Shown: positions 22,329 to 35,010, counted from the first letter of the stretch. The stretch: DNA of 64,000 nt from Sminthopsis crassicaudata (GCF_048593235.1 NC_133619.1:9996454-10060453); one strand, 5' to 3'. Notes: generated by a model not told the origin, from the letters alone. Translations and numbers: made by a program.

Positions 22329-22467
22329 TCTCTTTTTTTTTTCTGAGGCTGGGGTTAAATGACTTGGCCAGGGTCACACAGCTAGGAAGTGTTAAGTGTC
22401 TGAGAACAGATTTGAACTCGGGCCCTCCGAGGCTGGTGCTCTATCCACTGCCCCACTTAGCTGCCCC
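22329..22467 (-). mobile_element. WSINE1-like SINE with 14-bp target-site duplication
   Basis: Reverse-strand ggggcagctaagtgg...gagttcaaatc...cacttcctagctgtgtgaccctgg with a T-tail; TSD AGAGGAATCATTTC at 22315-22328 and 22468-22481. Confidence 0.92.
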
Positions 22468-22699
22468 AGAGGAATCATTTCCTCACCCTGAGAACATCAG
22501 AATCTGACATTTGTCAAAGGTTCCCGAACTCCCCCGAAACCATTCGGGCTGACAAAAGCATTAAACTCACAAGTTTATTGAAGGCAATGATGAGCACTGG
22601 AGGCTCACACCTACGCCCTTGGGAAGAGACCACCCATTTTTCTTGTGCATCCCCCTCCCACATTTTCAGTGTCTACACAGTAAAGTCCTGCCTCCTAGG

Positions 22700-25600
22700 T
22701 CTCCGATCCCGGAGGCCACAATGACCGGTGTGGACCCCCGCCTCCGGTTCCGTTGGAGGCTCCCTGGGCAGCCTCCGCAGCCTCTCTTCACAAATCTGGC
22801 ACCCGTGTAGTTTCCTCGCCCCGGTCGGGATGCCTCAGTAGGGATGTTCCCTCAGCCCCATTCTGCCAGGACGTCCTTCTTCCCGCGTAGGGATCCTCCC
22901 CGTGCTCTCCCTCCTGGGCCCCCAAGCTCCCTTCCAGCCCCATGTACGAGGAGGGTCTCGGTGCCTTAAGTCTCAGGGCCTGGATCTGGCCGGGGGCCGG
23001 AGGCGGCAGCCAGGAGCAGGAGCAGGGAGGATGCTGGGAAGTGTTGCCCTAAAGCAAAAATCAAGAAATGAGCGTTTGGGAAATCCCAAGATGGGGGAAG
23101 CGGGAGTGGGCAGGAGAGGTCCGAGTGCCGAGCCAACCGGCCGAGCCTCGTCGGGCCGGGAATGCAGAAAGGGCGGAGAGGCTGCTGGGAACTGCTGGCC
23201 TCTCTCCCGGCCGGAGGAAGCAGGGTGAGTTGTCCCGGTCCCCCAGGGTTTGCCCGGGCGGATCCCGCTTTAGAAATGTCGCTTTGGCCCCGGCGCCCGG
23301 CAGAAGGACGAGCAGAATCCGCCCGCCTCCGGCGGTTTCCCGATAAGGGGGTGGCTGCTCCTCGGTCGGGAAATGCTCAGTTAGCTCTGTCATCCCCATC
23401 CCATCCCTCCGCGCTTCCTCCCGGCCCCCGCGGCAGGTTCTGGGCGGGGTTTCTTTAAGTGGCCCCCTCCCCCCGCCCGCCGCCCTCTCTGCCAGGTAGC
23501 CTCGGTGCGGATGCTGCATTGCGCCGGGCCGGCGCTCCCCCTCCCCCCGGCTCCCGAGGTCTCGCGGCGGAGAGCGGCGTGCGGTGCGGGGGGAGGGCAG
23601 GGGGGCTAAGTCGCTTTTCTTGTTCATTTTCTGGGCAGGGCGCTCCCAGGAGCCGAGCCCGGACCCCCGGAGCCCGAGCGAGTCGCGCGGAAGGCAGAGC
23701 CGGCTTCAAAAGGGAAAAGACAAGGACACTGACTCCCCTCGCTCCGTCGGGGTAAGGACAAGGATTTCTGCTATGGCTAAAACGGCTTCGGCGGGCCCCC
23801 ATCCTGGCGCTTCGCTGCGCCTCCCGTCCCCGGAGAATCCTGGTCCTGCCCCGTGGCCCGGCGCGGCCCCGCAACTGCGAGCGCTGCGAAAAGCCGCCGG
23901 CGGGGCACGGGCTTTACCCGAGAGGAGGCCGGGAGGAGCACAACTGCCCCTCGGCCCCGGATCCAGGGAGCCGGCTCCGGGAGGCAGGGCAAGCAGCTTC
24001 TGCTCACCATCCGGCCTCTCCCCCAGCTGGAAATGTGGGATGCTGTGCGCCCTCCAACAGCCACTCTCCCCCCTCACACGTGCTTCCCACCAGCCCAGCA
24101 AGGGCTCTCCCCCTCCACGAAGCCTTCCGTGATGCTTCATCCTGTGGCGATGGGATAAGGGGGGTGAGGGAGAGGGAGGCGGCTTTACACCTCCGGGATG
24201 GAAGGACAGAGCTACCTTCCAGAGACAGGGCCGGGGGGAAGAGGGAAGGATTTGGGGGGGAAGGGCAGGCAGAGTTTAAAGTCTCCAGGACATCCAGTTG
24301 ATGTCCAGCGGGCAGCTGGCGAGAGCGGACTGAATGGGGGGAGACTGAGGCTGGGGCTCCGGGTGGAGAGCAGCAGGAGTGTGAAGGACAGAAGAGGCCT
24401 GGGCCAGAAGCTTGGGGCAGTGATCTGGAGCATGATGGGTGAGAAGAGGAGGTCAGAGGGGAAGGAGCCCGGTCATGCAGACCCAGAGGAAGGAGACCCC
24501 GGTGGGAGGGGGCCAGCAGGGGTCGGGGAGGATGGGGAAGGAGAAAAGTCCCTCTCATCTGGAGACCCAGACCACCGGTCCTTTGGAGGGAGCAGTTTCC
24601 GTGGAAGGGTGAGGGCGGAAGCCGGACCACCGGGTGAGGAGGGAGGGGCCCTTAGCTTTCCCGAGGTTGGGGTGATCACCCAGGGCGGGAACCGCAGGCG
24701 TTGGGAGCGTCTCGGGTTAGTTTTTTAAGGTTGGGCGAGACTAGCTTGTCTGAAGGTAAGTAGGGAGGGAACCAGTAAACTGCTAAAAGGCATGATGGAG
24801 GGGGCCGTCTACCGAAGGGCATGGTGGGAGGGAAAGGCCGTCCTCTGGAGGGCCTGGTGGGAGGGCTGCCCCCCTTGTCCGCTACGAGAAGAAGGGCCCG
24901 GGAGCTCCCAGGGCAAGGCCGCCATTTTCTAAATCGGGCCAGGAGGGAGCGTCCATTTCACAGGAGGACACGGGGCAGGCTGACTCCAAAGCCGAGGTGC
25001 CCAGGGGAGTCCCCTCCAAGCTCTGAAGGCAAGACTCCAAGTCCACGTGACCGCCATTGACCGTGTCTAAGGACTCTGGATGGGCGGGGGGAGGGGGTCA
25101 GCTTGGGCTCCAGACATCCCCCAGAGTGGGGAGCTGCGCATGGCCCAGTCCAACCCCGGCTTTTATAGATGGCGGCCATTTCTCCCCGGGACGCCGCCTG
25201 GCTACACATTCCCCATTCGAGGCCCTCCATTGAGAAAGACACCCATGGGTGACTGAGAAGGGAACAGAAGCCGGAGGCGTCCGGGCCGGGCCGGATCCGA
25301 GGGCTCGGAGCCTTTGCTCTGCCTTCCTCGGTGTCCCCACCTGCACAACGAGGGCGGTTGGCCCAGAGCAGGCCGAAAGTCCATTCCAGCGCTAAGCCCG
25401 GCTCCACGAATGGGGGCGGGGAAGGGGAGGGGCCTGCAGCCGAGCTTCCTTGGGCTGGAGAAAGGGGACCCCCGGCTGCACGGGCAGATGCTTGGGAACG
25501 CACTGCACAGACCCTCCTCGCTCCCCTTCCCTCCCGCTACACGCCTGTGTGCGCTCGGGGCTGGGGCCGGCCGCCGTTTCTATGGTTACCGAGCCCTCTC

Positions 25601-25830
25601 TCACCCACGCTGCCTCTCCGTGGTCCCGGAGGATAGATACGTTTTCTAAACGGTCTCCTCCGCTCCCGCCCACTAGGCCGCGTCCTCTAGTTAGGGGGAG
25701 AGGTCTTCCCGAAAGAGGAAGGGGAAGGAGGCAGATTCCCCCCCCCCTGGAGCCCGTAATATTATATTGGCATGGAATGGGGCGGGGCGGCTCCAGAGGA
25801 AGACTGTGATTGGGTTATGGTAAGTGATGA
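22700..25830. promoter_or_regulatory. CpG-island cluster upstream of PIGZ, with candidate non-coding first exons
   Basis: CpG-dense blocks at about 22.7-24.0 kb and 24.6-25.8 kb; plus-strand donors AAG|GTAAGT (GT 24756) and ATG|GTAAGT (GT 25820); GC boxes and YY1-like motifs. Confidence 0.55.
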
Positions 25831-27195
25831 CTCCTCCCCGACCTGGGTCCGCCCCTCTGCTCCTGCCTGGTAGGAGGGGCAAGGAGTTGGAGCACGGGCC
25901 CAGGGAGTTGGACTGGAAGCTTGCTGAGGGCTTCCCACTGCAATAAAGAAGCCCGTGTCGTGTGGAGCTCTTAAGTAACTTTTGCCACCATCCCTTCCTT
26001 TTGCAAATGGGGAAACTGAGGCCCATAGAGAGGGCAAAGGCCAAAGCAGCTCCTGGCTGCTCTTTCCTGTCCGAGGGACCTGCAGGCTCATTAGGAGCAT
26101 CTCGAACTCTTCTCCCATGGCCCTGACTGCTAGGGAAAAGTCTCTTAGTCTTGGATGGGCCTTTGATAAGCATTTGCTGATTAATCAATACAGGAAGAAC
26201 TTAAGGGATGTGGGGAGCTGATGGCTCCTATGGTGGGGTTCAGCCAGTCAGTCACAGATCTGGAGCTAGAAAGCAGCTCGGAGGCCAACTCCCCCATTGC
26301 ACGGATGAACAAACTGAGCCAAACTAGGTCTGCTTGGATGTCACAGATAGGGGGCTTCCTGACTCTGGCCAGAGTAGGTACCAAGTGTGGACCACCGCAC
26401 CAGTGTGTGCCAGTGTCCAGAAATGCTCGCATCTGCTCTAAGGAAACCGCTGCAGGAATGCTAAAGGGTCACAGTTAGCGCTCTGCTTGGGCCCATTAAA
26501 AAGGTTCCATAAAGGTCCTCTGTGCCGGGCCGGCCGGCTCCCTGGGAGAAGAGGGGAAGGATGTTTCAGAATCCCAGATGGGGACCGAAGGGTTAAAGAG
26601 GAGGCACCCAGTGGTCAGAAGCCGTCCTGCAGGGGCTGGGCGCGCCTCTGGGCAGTGTCCGATGGCAGAGAGCTCCCACGAAGCCTCCTGGTTGGCGGGA
26701 CAAAACCAGTGAACTCCGGAGACCTCAGTCTCTGCTCCGGCTCCATCCTTTCCCAGCGGAGCCCCAGAGCAGTGCGATGACCTTTCCCGAGGTCACAGGG
26801 AGCTGGAGAAGCCGGGAGGGAGGCGAGGGCCCTCTCCTTCTGTCTCCTTGGGCCGGAGCCCTCTCTGAGGAGGAAGTTCTCTTGTCTCATGATTGTGGCT
26901 CTGCCCAAGTCCCACCCTGGCGGTTAAGAGAGCCTGAAGAATAGCTTGGCAAGCTAAGTAGCCCCGGGGGCACCTCGGCTGGCATGGGCCCGCCCTAGCC
27001 CAGACCCCTTCCTGCCCCTCTGACACCGTGTGAGTCCCACAGGAAGGGGATGGGGTGGGAGAGGTCCCCAGAAACCACGGCCACACCTATGCTTTCTCTT
27101 GGCTCCTTTTTGATGCTGTTGATAAGACGGTTCTGTTTTTTACTTTTGAATTGTCCCAGTTCTGACCGCGTAGAGCGAGAGCTGCCGGGCCGGAG

Positions 27196-27316
27196 ATGGG
27201 GGCCGCCCAGGTGCTCTGGGGGGGCCTGGGCTTGCTGCGGATCGCCTGGTGTCTTCTCCCCCAGACCGGTTACCTGCATCCCGATGAATTCTTCCAGTCT
27301 CCCGAAGTCATGGCAG
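27196..27316 (+). CDS. PIGZ: GPI mannosyltransferase 4 (PIG-Z), first coding exon ([40 protein letters not shown])
   Basis: [13 protein letters not shown] motif; acceptor cccAG at 27158-59, in-frame TGA at 27163, donor G|GTAAAC. Confidence 0.95.
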
Positions 27317-29364
27317 GTAAACCCCCTCGCCCTTAAGTGGCGTTTTTTTCTCTCTATTTATAAAACAATGTTTATGATGCTTTAAAAAAAAATTAGCAAG
27401 GGAGCAAACAAGGGCCCTTTAAATGCCGTAGGAAGCCCATGTTCCAGGTGCTCCGGGAGGCTCTATCCTCTCAAAACCCACTGTTCACCAGCCCCCCCAC
27501 CCCCACCCCGTGGCTGCTTTTACCAGTCAGAGGCTGCATTTAATTCGGAGCAAAGGCACGGCAAGCAAAGGTGCTTTTGTGGCCCCCTCCCTGCACCTGG
27601 GGCGCCCTTTCCCACAAGTTCAAACACTGTCTGAGGGAAAGGGAGACACAGATAAGGATCCAGCGTGGGAATCGAGTGCCGGTCCCTTGGCAGTCATTTT
27701 TAAAGTTCTTACTGGGAGCTGGGCGTACAGAGACAAAACCCAGCCAATTATAAGGTGCCCTCCCTGGGAGCCCTTCCCTTGGAGGGCTACAGCACGCTAC
27801 AGATACATGAACATAGGGTGCAGACCAAACTGCAGTGACGTGATTGGGGGTGGGGGTGGGAATGGCCTCCTGAAAGGGCTGCCTTTGAACTTGGAGGGCT
27901 GGGAGCCCACGTGGGCCTAGGCACAGAGGGCCCTGCTTCCACATGTGCCCGTGGCCGGGGCTCCAGTGCTCATGTGCATACATCAGCAGGGACAAGGGCT
28001 CACGCTCTGAGCTGTCCTTCAGGCGGAAGCATCCAGACATGGTCCCCGGGGGAAGGACATCTCCTAGGCTACCAAGGACATCATGAGGTGTGGTCCCGGA
28101 GACCCGAGTTCAAATCACCAAACGTTAGGCCTATCCCCCATTGCCTGCCTGGGTCTCGGCTTGCTCATCTGTAAAATGAGAAAATTAGACAAGTGACCTC
28201 AAAGACCCTATAAATGGGATCATGGCTCCATCACTCTGTCAATAAGCATTTATTAGGTGCTTACTGTATGCCAGGCACTGTGGGGCGCACTGGCTACAGA
28301 ACTCTGGAAGAGCTCTGGCCTGCCCCTGGGCAGTGGCTAGTACCAGACCCTGGACTCTCCTGCCCCTTGGTTCTCTGCCCAGACCTAAGAGGGGCTGAGA
28401 ACTCAGAGAGGAAATCAAAATGACACCTTGGTTTTCACCACCATTTTCCATTTGGAATGTGGCCACAGCCACAGCTGCAGACATGAGGAAAGGCAGCCTT
28501 GGCAGGGTTGGAGCTGGGCCTTGAGGCAGAAGAGAGGCAGGCGGGTCAGGGATAGCTCCGGCAAGTGCCTGGGGATGGGAGATGATGCAGTTGGGTGTGA
28601 GTGGGGCTTTCAGTCTTCTGAAGCCCCTCCTTCTCATTTTACAGATGAGCAAATTCCAGGGTCCCCTCTGCAGAGCCTTTCTCAGGTTCTGTACCTCTGG
28701 GGCACTCGGGGTGTCCCGGGGATCCACTCTGAACCCTTGGTCTCAGCTGAGTCAGAGGCGCCAGGCCTCCCACCACCGGCACTGGGGCCTCCCCTCCTGC
28801 CAGGAGGGAAGAGAAGTGGTTCTTAATGATTCCTAAGCATCTGTAGTGAAGTGGGGCGGCTGTGCACTCAGTCCCTGGAGGCCCAGCTCCCAAGATGCTT
28901 GCCTGGGTTCTTGCTGATGACCACTCTCTGAACCAATCTGGGAGCAGGGCCCCGGCCCACCTGGCAGGATGGAGAGGGCCACAGCAAACAGCTGAAACTG
29001 GGTGAAGGGCAGACCTAGGCAGGGCCCGGGCCCAGTCCCCACCCCGGAAAATGACCTCCTTTATTATGCCCTCCTCCTAGTTGGACTTCCTGTTAGAATG
29101 GGAGCTTCTTGAGGGCAGGGGCACAATTGGCTCTGGAAACGTTTGCTGTTTTATTTGTTGTTCATTTTTTCACGCCTGTGACACAGCAGACATTGCTAGG
29201 TACTGGAGACTCGAGGCAAAAGACAAAGTCTCTGCCCTCGAGAAGCTTCCATGGATGCCTGCATTTACATGGCCCGGCAGCGGGGAGCCGGGGCTCTGCC
29301 GTCCAGGCGGGCCGGAACCCCAGCTTCCTACCGGCCCCTCACTGGCTTCTCTCTCCTCTGGCAG

Positions 29365-30884
29365 AAGATGTGCTGGGCCTGGAGGTGTACCGGCCCTGGG
29401 AGTTCCTCCCGGGCTCCCCTTGCCGGAGCGTGCTCTTCCCGCTGCTGACCACTGGCTCGGTCTTCTGGCTGCTGGGGCTGGCGGAGCAGCTGGGCCTGTG
29501 GCCCGCCGCCGTCAGTGGCTACAGCCTCCTGGTGGGCCCCCGCCTGGTGTTCACGGTGCTCTCCTTCACTCTGGACTGGGCCGTGTACCGCGCGGCCCCA
29601 CGCTGGGGGGCTGAGCCTTGGCCCGCGCTGCTGCTGCTGGCCGCCTCCCACGTCATCCTGGTCTTCTACACTCGGACCCTGGCCAACTCCGTGGAGGGCC
29701 TGCTTTTCACGTGGCTGCTGGTGCTGGTGGCCCCGGGCACCGACGGGAAGGTGAGTGCGCGGCAGCCCGGCTGGCTCCTGGGCGCTCTCCTGGCCACCGG
29801 CTTCTTCAACCGGCCCACCTTCCTGGGCTTCGCCCTGCTGCCGCTGCTCTTCTGGGCGGGCTGCGGCGCAATGCCCCGGAGTGCCAAGGCGCTGGGCTGG
29901 AGTGCGCTGGAGCTGCTCCCCGGGGCCACGCTGGTGGCCGGCATTTTTGTGGCTGCAGACACGTGGTACTACTCATGGCGCCTGGGGCTGGACTCCGGGC
30001 CAGTCCTGACGCCTGCCCACTTCCTCCGCTACAACCTGGACCCCCAGAACCTGGCCCGGCACGGCACGCACCTCCGCCTCACGCACCTGGCCGTCAACGG
30101 CGTCCTGCTTTTTGGGCCGCTGCACGTCTCGGCTGTGATGGGCGCGTGGAGGGCGCTGAAGGAGAGCTTGGGCTCGCTGGCTCAGCTCCGGGCTCGCTGG
30201 CCGCAGGCCGCCGTCCGCCTCTGGGACACGAAGACTGTCCTCCTGCTCTTCTACTTCGCCCCGCTGGCCCTGCTCTCCCTCTTCAGCCATCAGGAGCCTC
30301 GATTCCTGGTGCCGCTCCTGGGGCCCCTCACCCTGCTCAGCAGCCAGAAGAGCCGCGGCCTGGGCCCGTGGAGAGCCACCTCGGTCATTCTCTTCAACGG
30401 CCTCGGGGCCCTGTTCTTTGGCTGCCTGCATCAAGGCGGCCTGATCCCCTGCCTGTCCCACCTGGAGCGCAGCATCCACTCGCCGGAGCTCAAGGGGCAG
30501 CTCTCCCACTACACCCTGCTCTTCAGCCACACCTACATGCCGCCCCGCTACCTCCTCCGCCTGCGCGGGCAGGAGCCGCCCGTGGAGGTCATCGACTTGG
30601 CCGGGGCCGAGAGCGGGACCCTTTGCCAGACCCTGGAGCAGCTGGCCAATCAGCCCATCTGCAGCAGCATGGGGGGCGACCGGCTCTGCCGGATCTTCGT
30701 GGTGACCCCCGGGACGGCCAGGGAGGCTGCGGCCGGCTGCCCCTTCTCCCTGAAGAATGAGACCCGGCTGTTTCCCCACTTGACTCTGGAGGACCCTCCC
30801 CGGCTCTCGGCTCTACTGAGCAGCCGTTGGAAGGACTCCCTCGGCCTCTACATCCTGGAAGTGGGCGAGCAGAAGGAGCAGTGA
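29365..30884 (+). CDS. PIGZ: GPI mannosyltransferase 4 (PIG-Z), large terminal coding exon; total CDS 1641 nt = 546 aa
   Basis: ggcAG acceptor gives EDVLGLEVYRPWEF; motifs GFFNRPTF, YNLDPQNLARHGTH, HQEPRFL, HTYMPPR, FPHLTLEDPP; multiple hydrophobic TM segments; TGA 30882-84. Confidence 0.98.
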
Positions 30885-30941
30885 CCCTTCTAGAAAGGGG
30901 GCGGGCCTGCTCACATCTTGCTCCCTTCCCCTCCCCCGTCC

Positions 30942-30947
30942 AATAAA
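30942..30947 (+). terminator. PIGZ: PIGZ polyadenylation signal AATAAA
   Basis: First AATAAA, 57 nt after the stop codon. Confidence 0.65.
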
Positions 30948-31599
30948 TAAGAATGGTAGAGTCCCGGGAGGGGCACGCTGACAGCCTGGACAGCACCGGG
31001 GTTCTGGATGACCAAAGCGAGTGTCCGTCTGGTCCCAGGCCAAACCAAGCCAAAGACGAAGTGGGTCGGCCTGGCTTGTCCCGGGTTATGGGAGATCCGG
31101 ACCACTAGGAGTCCATGTCACCGGAAGAAAAACTGAAGTAACTTAGAATGTTGAGCCCGAAAAAAGATGGCGGGCAGGGGACAGTGGAAGGCTAAGGGAG
31201 GGGGTCTAATCGGACCGATTACTGTCTGGATACACTGGAGGGCTTTCTTATTTGGGGAAGGGAGTGGGCCAGTAGGAAGAACAGAGACCAAATGGTGGAG
31301 ATTTCAGTCAGAGACATCCCTGGATGGAAGAGGCGAAGGAGGGGCTTTGGGCCAGTTAGTCCTTATTTTGCAAGTGAGGAAGCAAATGCCCAAAGGAGTC
31401 AACTTGCCTGATACCCTTTTCTTAATTAGCATGCAGTGCCTGGTACATAGTAAGTGCTTAATAAAGGGTATGTCCATCCATCTACCTGTCATTTCTCTCC
31501 ATCCCCTCCAGCTATCTTCCTGTCTGTTTATTTGTGCAAAGATGGGGTGGCCTGCCCTGTGAAGATTGTTTCCTGCCACCGCCGGGTGAATTATAACCA

Positions 31600-31960
31600 A
31601 TAGACTTGAGTTACAGACCCCAGGGGTCATCTAAGCGCTACAGCAGTCACCATCCCCTTTACAATATCCTCAATAAGGGGTTATCCAACCTTGACCACCT
31701 CCATGATGGGGACCTCACTACTTCCCCCGGAAGCCCATTTTCCTGTTGGGCAACCATCAGAGCTGGGAAGCCTGTTCCTTAGGGTGACCTTAACTCCCAC
31801 CCTAGTTTAATCTCCTGGGGCTAAGCAGCACAAGTGCACTCCCTACTCCACAGGAAGCCCCTCCAATTATGATGCTGAGCCTTCCATTCTTCAGGCTAGA
31901 CGTGCCCAGTTCTTTCAAACCTTCCTTGGCCATGGGTACTAGACTGCTCCCCCTCCTCAG
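31600..31960. mobile_element. Ancient L3/CR1-like fragment
   Basis: ggggacctcactacttccc...; ccttccattcttcaggctagacgtgcccagttctttcaa resemble CR1/L3 3' ends. Confidence 0.45.
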
Positions 31961-34900
31961 GATGCCCCAAATGTTCCCAGATCCAACCGGATCATGGGGA
32001 AAGATCGTCTTGATCAGGCAGAGGAGGGGTAGTGTCGAGAGAGTCGGGCTAAATGATCCCCTAAGTCCCCTCCTGCTTGTTTCCTTCCCTGTATGGAGGC
32101 CGAGTGGAACCTTGCACCTGCCAGGCCAGTCCTTGTGTATTCCTAGTCAGTCCTTGGACTTCTCTCTCAGCCAAAGTCCATGGGCTCTCAATCAAGGTCA
32201 GCTGAGCATGAGCTGGCCTGGGCGAGGGGGCACACGAGGGGAGCCCAACTCCCTGGTGCTTTGTGAACGTGGCCAAACATGGGCGTTTGCCATACATGTT
32301 ACATACATGAGCTACCCAAAGCACTTTGGATTTGTTCTGTGTCACATTCCTTACCAGACTCTTGCCAGTAGAATGCTTCTCTCCCTCCGTAAGACTGGAA
32401 GCGCATGTTCTATGTTCATTAAATGCGAATTTACTTTCTTTGGATTATAATGAAGTCTCGTGTCACTGACTATGTAGAATAACGAGGAAGGGAACACTTT
32501 TGCCAAGGAGGAGGGCCACCAGATATGGTCCTAGAAAACAGAAGGATCTGGGAAGGGGAGATGAGGAGGGAGAGAGTGCTGGACATGGGGCAGGGGAGAG
32601 TATGACCATGCGCACACATCCGGAAAAGGCTCATCAAGTTCAAGGATGCAGGCTGGCATCCACACTGCAGGAAGGGCTCTTGGGAAGATATTTGGTAGCT
32701 AGGTGACAAGACTGGTCATTCAAGGCAAGGATTACCCCACATGGGGAATTCCCAGCAAAAGAGATGGGTTATTTGCCTCCTGTAAAGGGCCTCCCCCCCA
32801 TTGGTCTGAATGGACCCATGCTGGGCACCATATCCCTTGGGGGAAAAAAACTATTAACATTGAACTGAAGTAGAGAAAGGGGGAGGTGACAGATTAAAGG
32901 AGCCACATTTTCGGGAAGTGGGGAGCCACTGAGTTCATGGAACACAAATGAGACAAAGCTCCTGGCTTGCCAGAACATGGCTACCTGGGAAACCCAGGGA
33001 GGAGGCACTGCCCACTCTCTGCTCCACTCGACTGGGTGGGCAAGTTTCATTGAACCAAGTCAAGGGTGCCTCGGCCAGCAGGGGATGTGGGAGCTGGCCA
33101 AGATGGCTGCTCTCTTGGATGCTGAGTTCCTGAGAAGACCCACAGATGAGCAGGAGGGATGGGGCAGGGAATGTCATCCCCACCCCGTCTTGGGTGCTCT
33201 TTAGGCTTTCTCAAACTTCTCACTCAAGTAAGACCCTCCCCCCCACCCCAAGACTGGCCAAGGTTTAATCAGAAGGTAGAGCTGGATGTGCTGAACCCTT
33301 CATTTTACAGAAGTGTAAACTGAGGCTCCCCCAAGCTAAATGATCCCAAGCAGCAAGGTCCCCTCTCCACCACTGTTCTGCCTCCTGGGGGAGTTTGCCT
33401 TTAGATAACCCAAGTAAGGCTAGAGAGGAGCAGTTCATCTTGGTCCTTTTATCATTCAGAAATGAGAATTTTGTCTCAGTTGCCCCCACTGGGGCAGGAG
33501 CTGACCTGGAAAGCTGGGAAGACAAATGAGCTTGCTCCTGGCTCCAGCCCTCCCACGGGGTCCCCCCTTCCCTGTGCTGCCCAGGTCCTTCAGAGAGTCG
33601 GAACACTGGTGCACCACCATCCTTGGGTCCTGGGAAAGGTCATGCATGGCTAAGCAGGAGAAATGGGCCACCAGAGAGATGTGTGGGGCAATGGGACAGC
33701 CCGGGATTGGGACATGGTGTGTGTATGTGTGTGTCCCCATTGTGTTGTGCACCTGCATGCGTTGCACATATGTGCCTGTGGTAATCGAGGTTCTGGGGGA
33801 CCATCTACACAGTGGTTCTCACACTTTTTAAATAGGGGGTCAGTTCCCTGTCCCTCAGACTGTTGGAGGCCAGACTATAGTAAAAACAAAAGCTTACACT
33901 GTGTCTCTGCCCCTCGGCCCATTTGCCATAACCCAGCGGGGAGCATCTGGCCTGTTTGAGGACCCCTGATCTACGAAGCTGGAAGACCACTGAAGACAGA
34001 GCTGCCTCCCAGGTCCTCTGGTGGCACACTAGTGCCCTGTGTCTCACCCACTGGGAGCCCTCAGACTCAGATTAGAAACCATCTGATCCAAACAGATGAG
34101 GAAACCGAGGGCCACAGTCACACGGGCTCTGACTCTGGGCTCTCCAGGAGGGAAGCGCCAAATGCCAGGCTCAGGCTTGGCTGGCAGGGAGGGGGGTGGG
34201 GGCAGGGTCACGGGAGAAACACAGCAGGGTAAGGACTTTCCATCCCTTTGCTGCCCCTCATTTCCTTTCTTCTCACACAAAATCTGGATGGCCTGTGATG
34301 GCAACATCTCAGAGGTGGCGAGGCAAACGGTGAGCTCGCCCTGAGAAGGGTGGTCTGTCCCAGAGTCTGAGGGGCTTAGCAACTGACTGGATTCAAGGCA
34401 AGAAACCATGAATGAGGGGTTCACAAGCCCTGGATACTGGGGGACGGGTGGGGAGTTGCCGGGTTATTGTGGCTGGGCTAATTCCGAGGCTCCGGCAGAT
34501 CACTGAAGGAGACCTACCCCGCAGAAAGGTGGCACCAGGAGCTCTGGTTCTCAGGGAAGGAAGCTCCAGAAGTGATTAAGTGCAAGGCTAAGGAGTGACA
34601 CTGGCCAGAAAGCGGGTTGTGTTTACACCCGGCTTCACTGGCCCCTCTGAAGAAAAACAAGCCAAACTCCGATGACCTCGGACCAGGCTGGCCAAGGGCC
34701 ACCCTCAGCTCCCTGTCCTGGGGGAGGGGGAAGGAGAATGATGCGCCTGGAAAGGGCAGCTTAGCAAACGCAGGTCAGATCTTGCAGGTCAGATCTTCCT
34801 CCCCTCCCCTCCACTGGAGCTGAGCCAACCTGGACACTCACTCCAAGTGGAGGACGGCCCCCTGCTGGGCATGGCCGCAGTTGCAGGACGCTCCAGGTCA

Positions 34901-35010
34901 CCTTCGCACAGGCCTGGCTTGCACAGAGCGGGGAGGGAGGGTGGACTTAGGTCGGCTCTTCCTAGCTAGGCAATCCCACACCGGCGGCGGCTCTTCACTT
35001 TGCGGTCTGC

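Noticed and set aside
29109-29364. N-terminal 85 codons of the 591-aa ORF-track PIGZ call
   Set aside because: Intronic read-through; the true exon starts at the acceptor 29363-64 and joins exon 27196-27316 in frame.
29618-30779. 380-aa alternative-frame and 268-aa antisense ORFs over PIGZ
   Set aside because: Shadows of a GC3-rich coding exon, with no recognisable homology.
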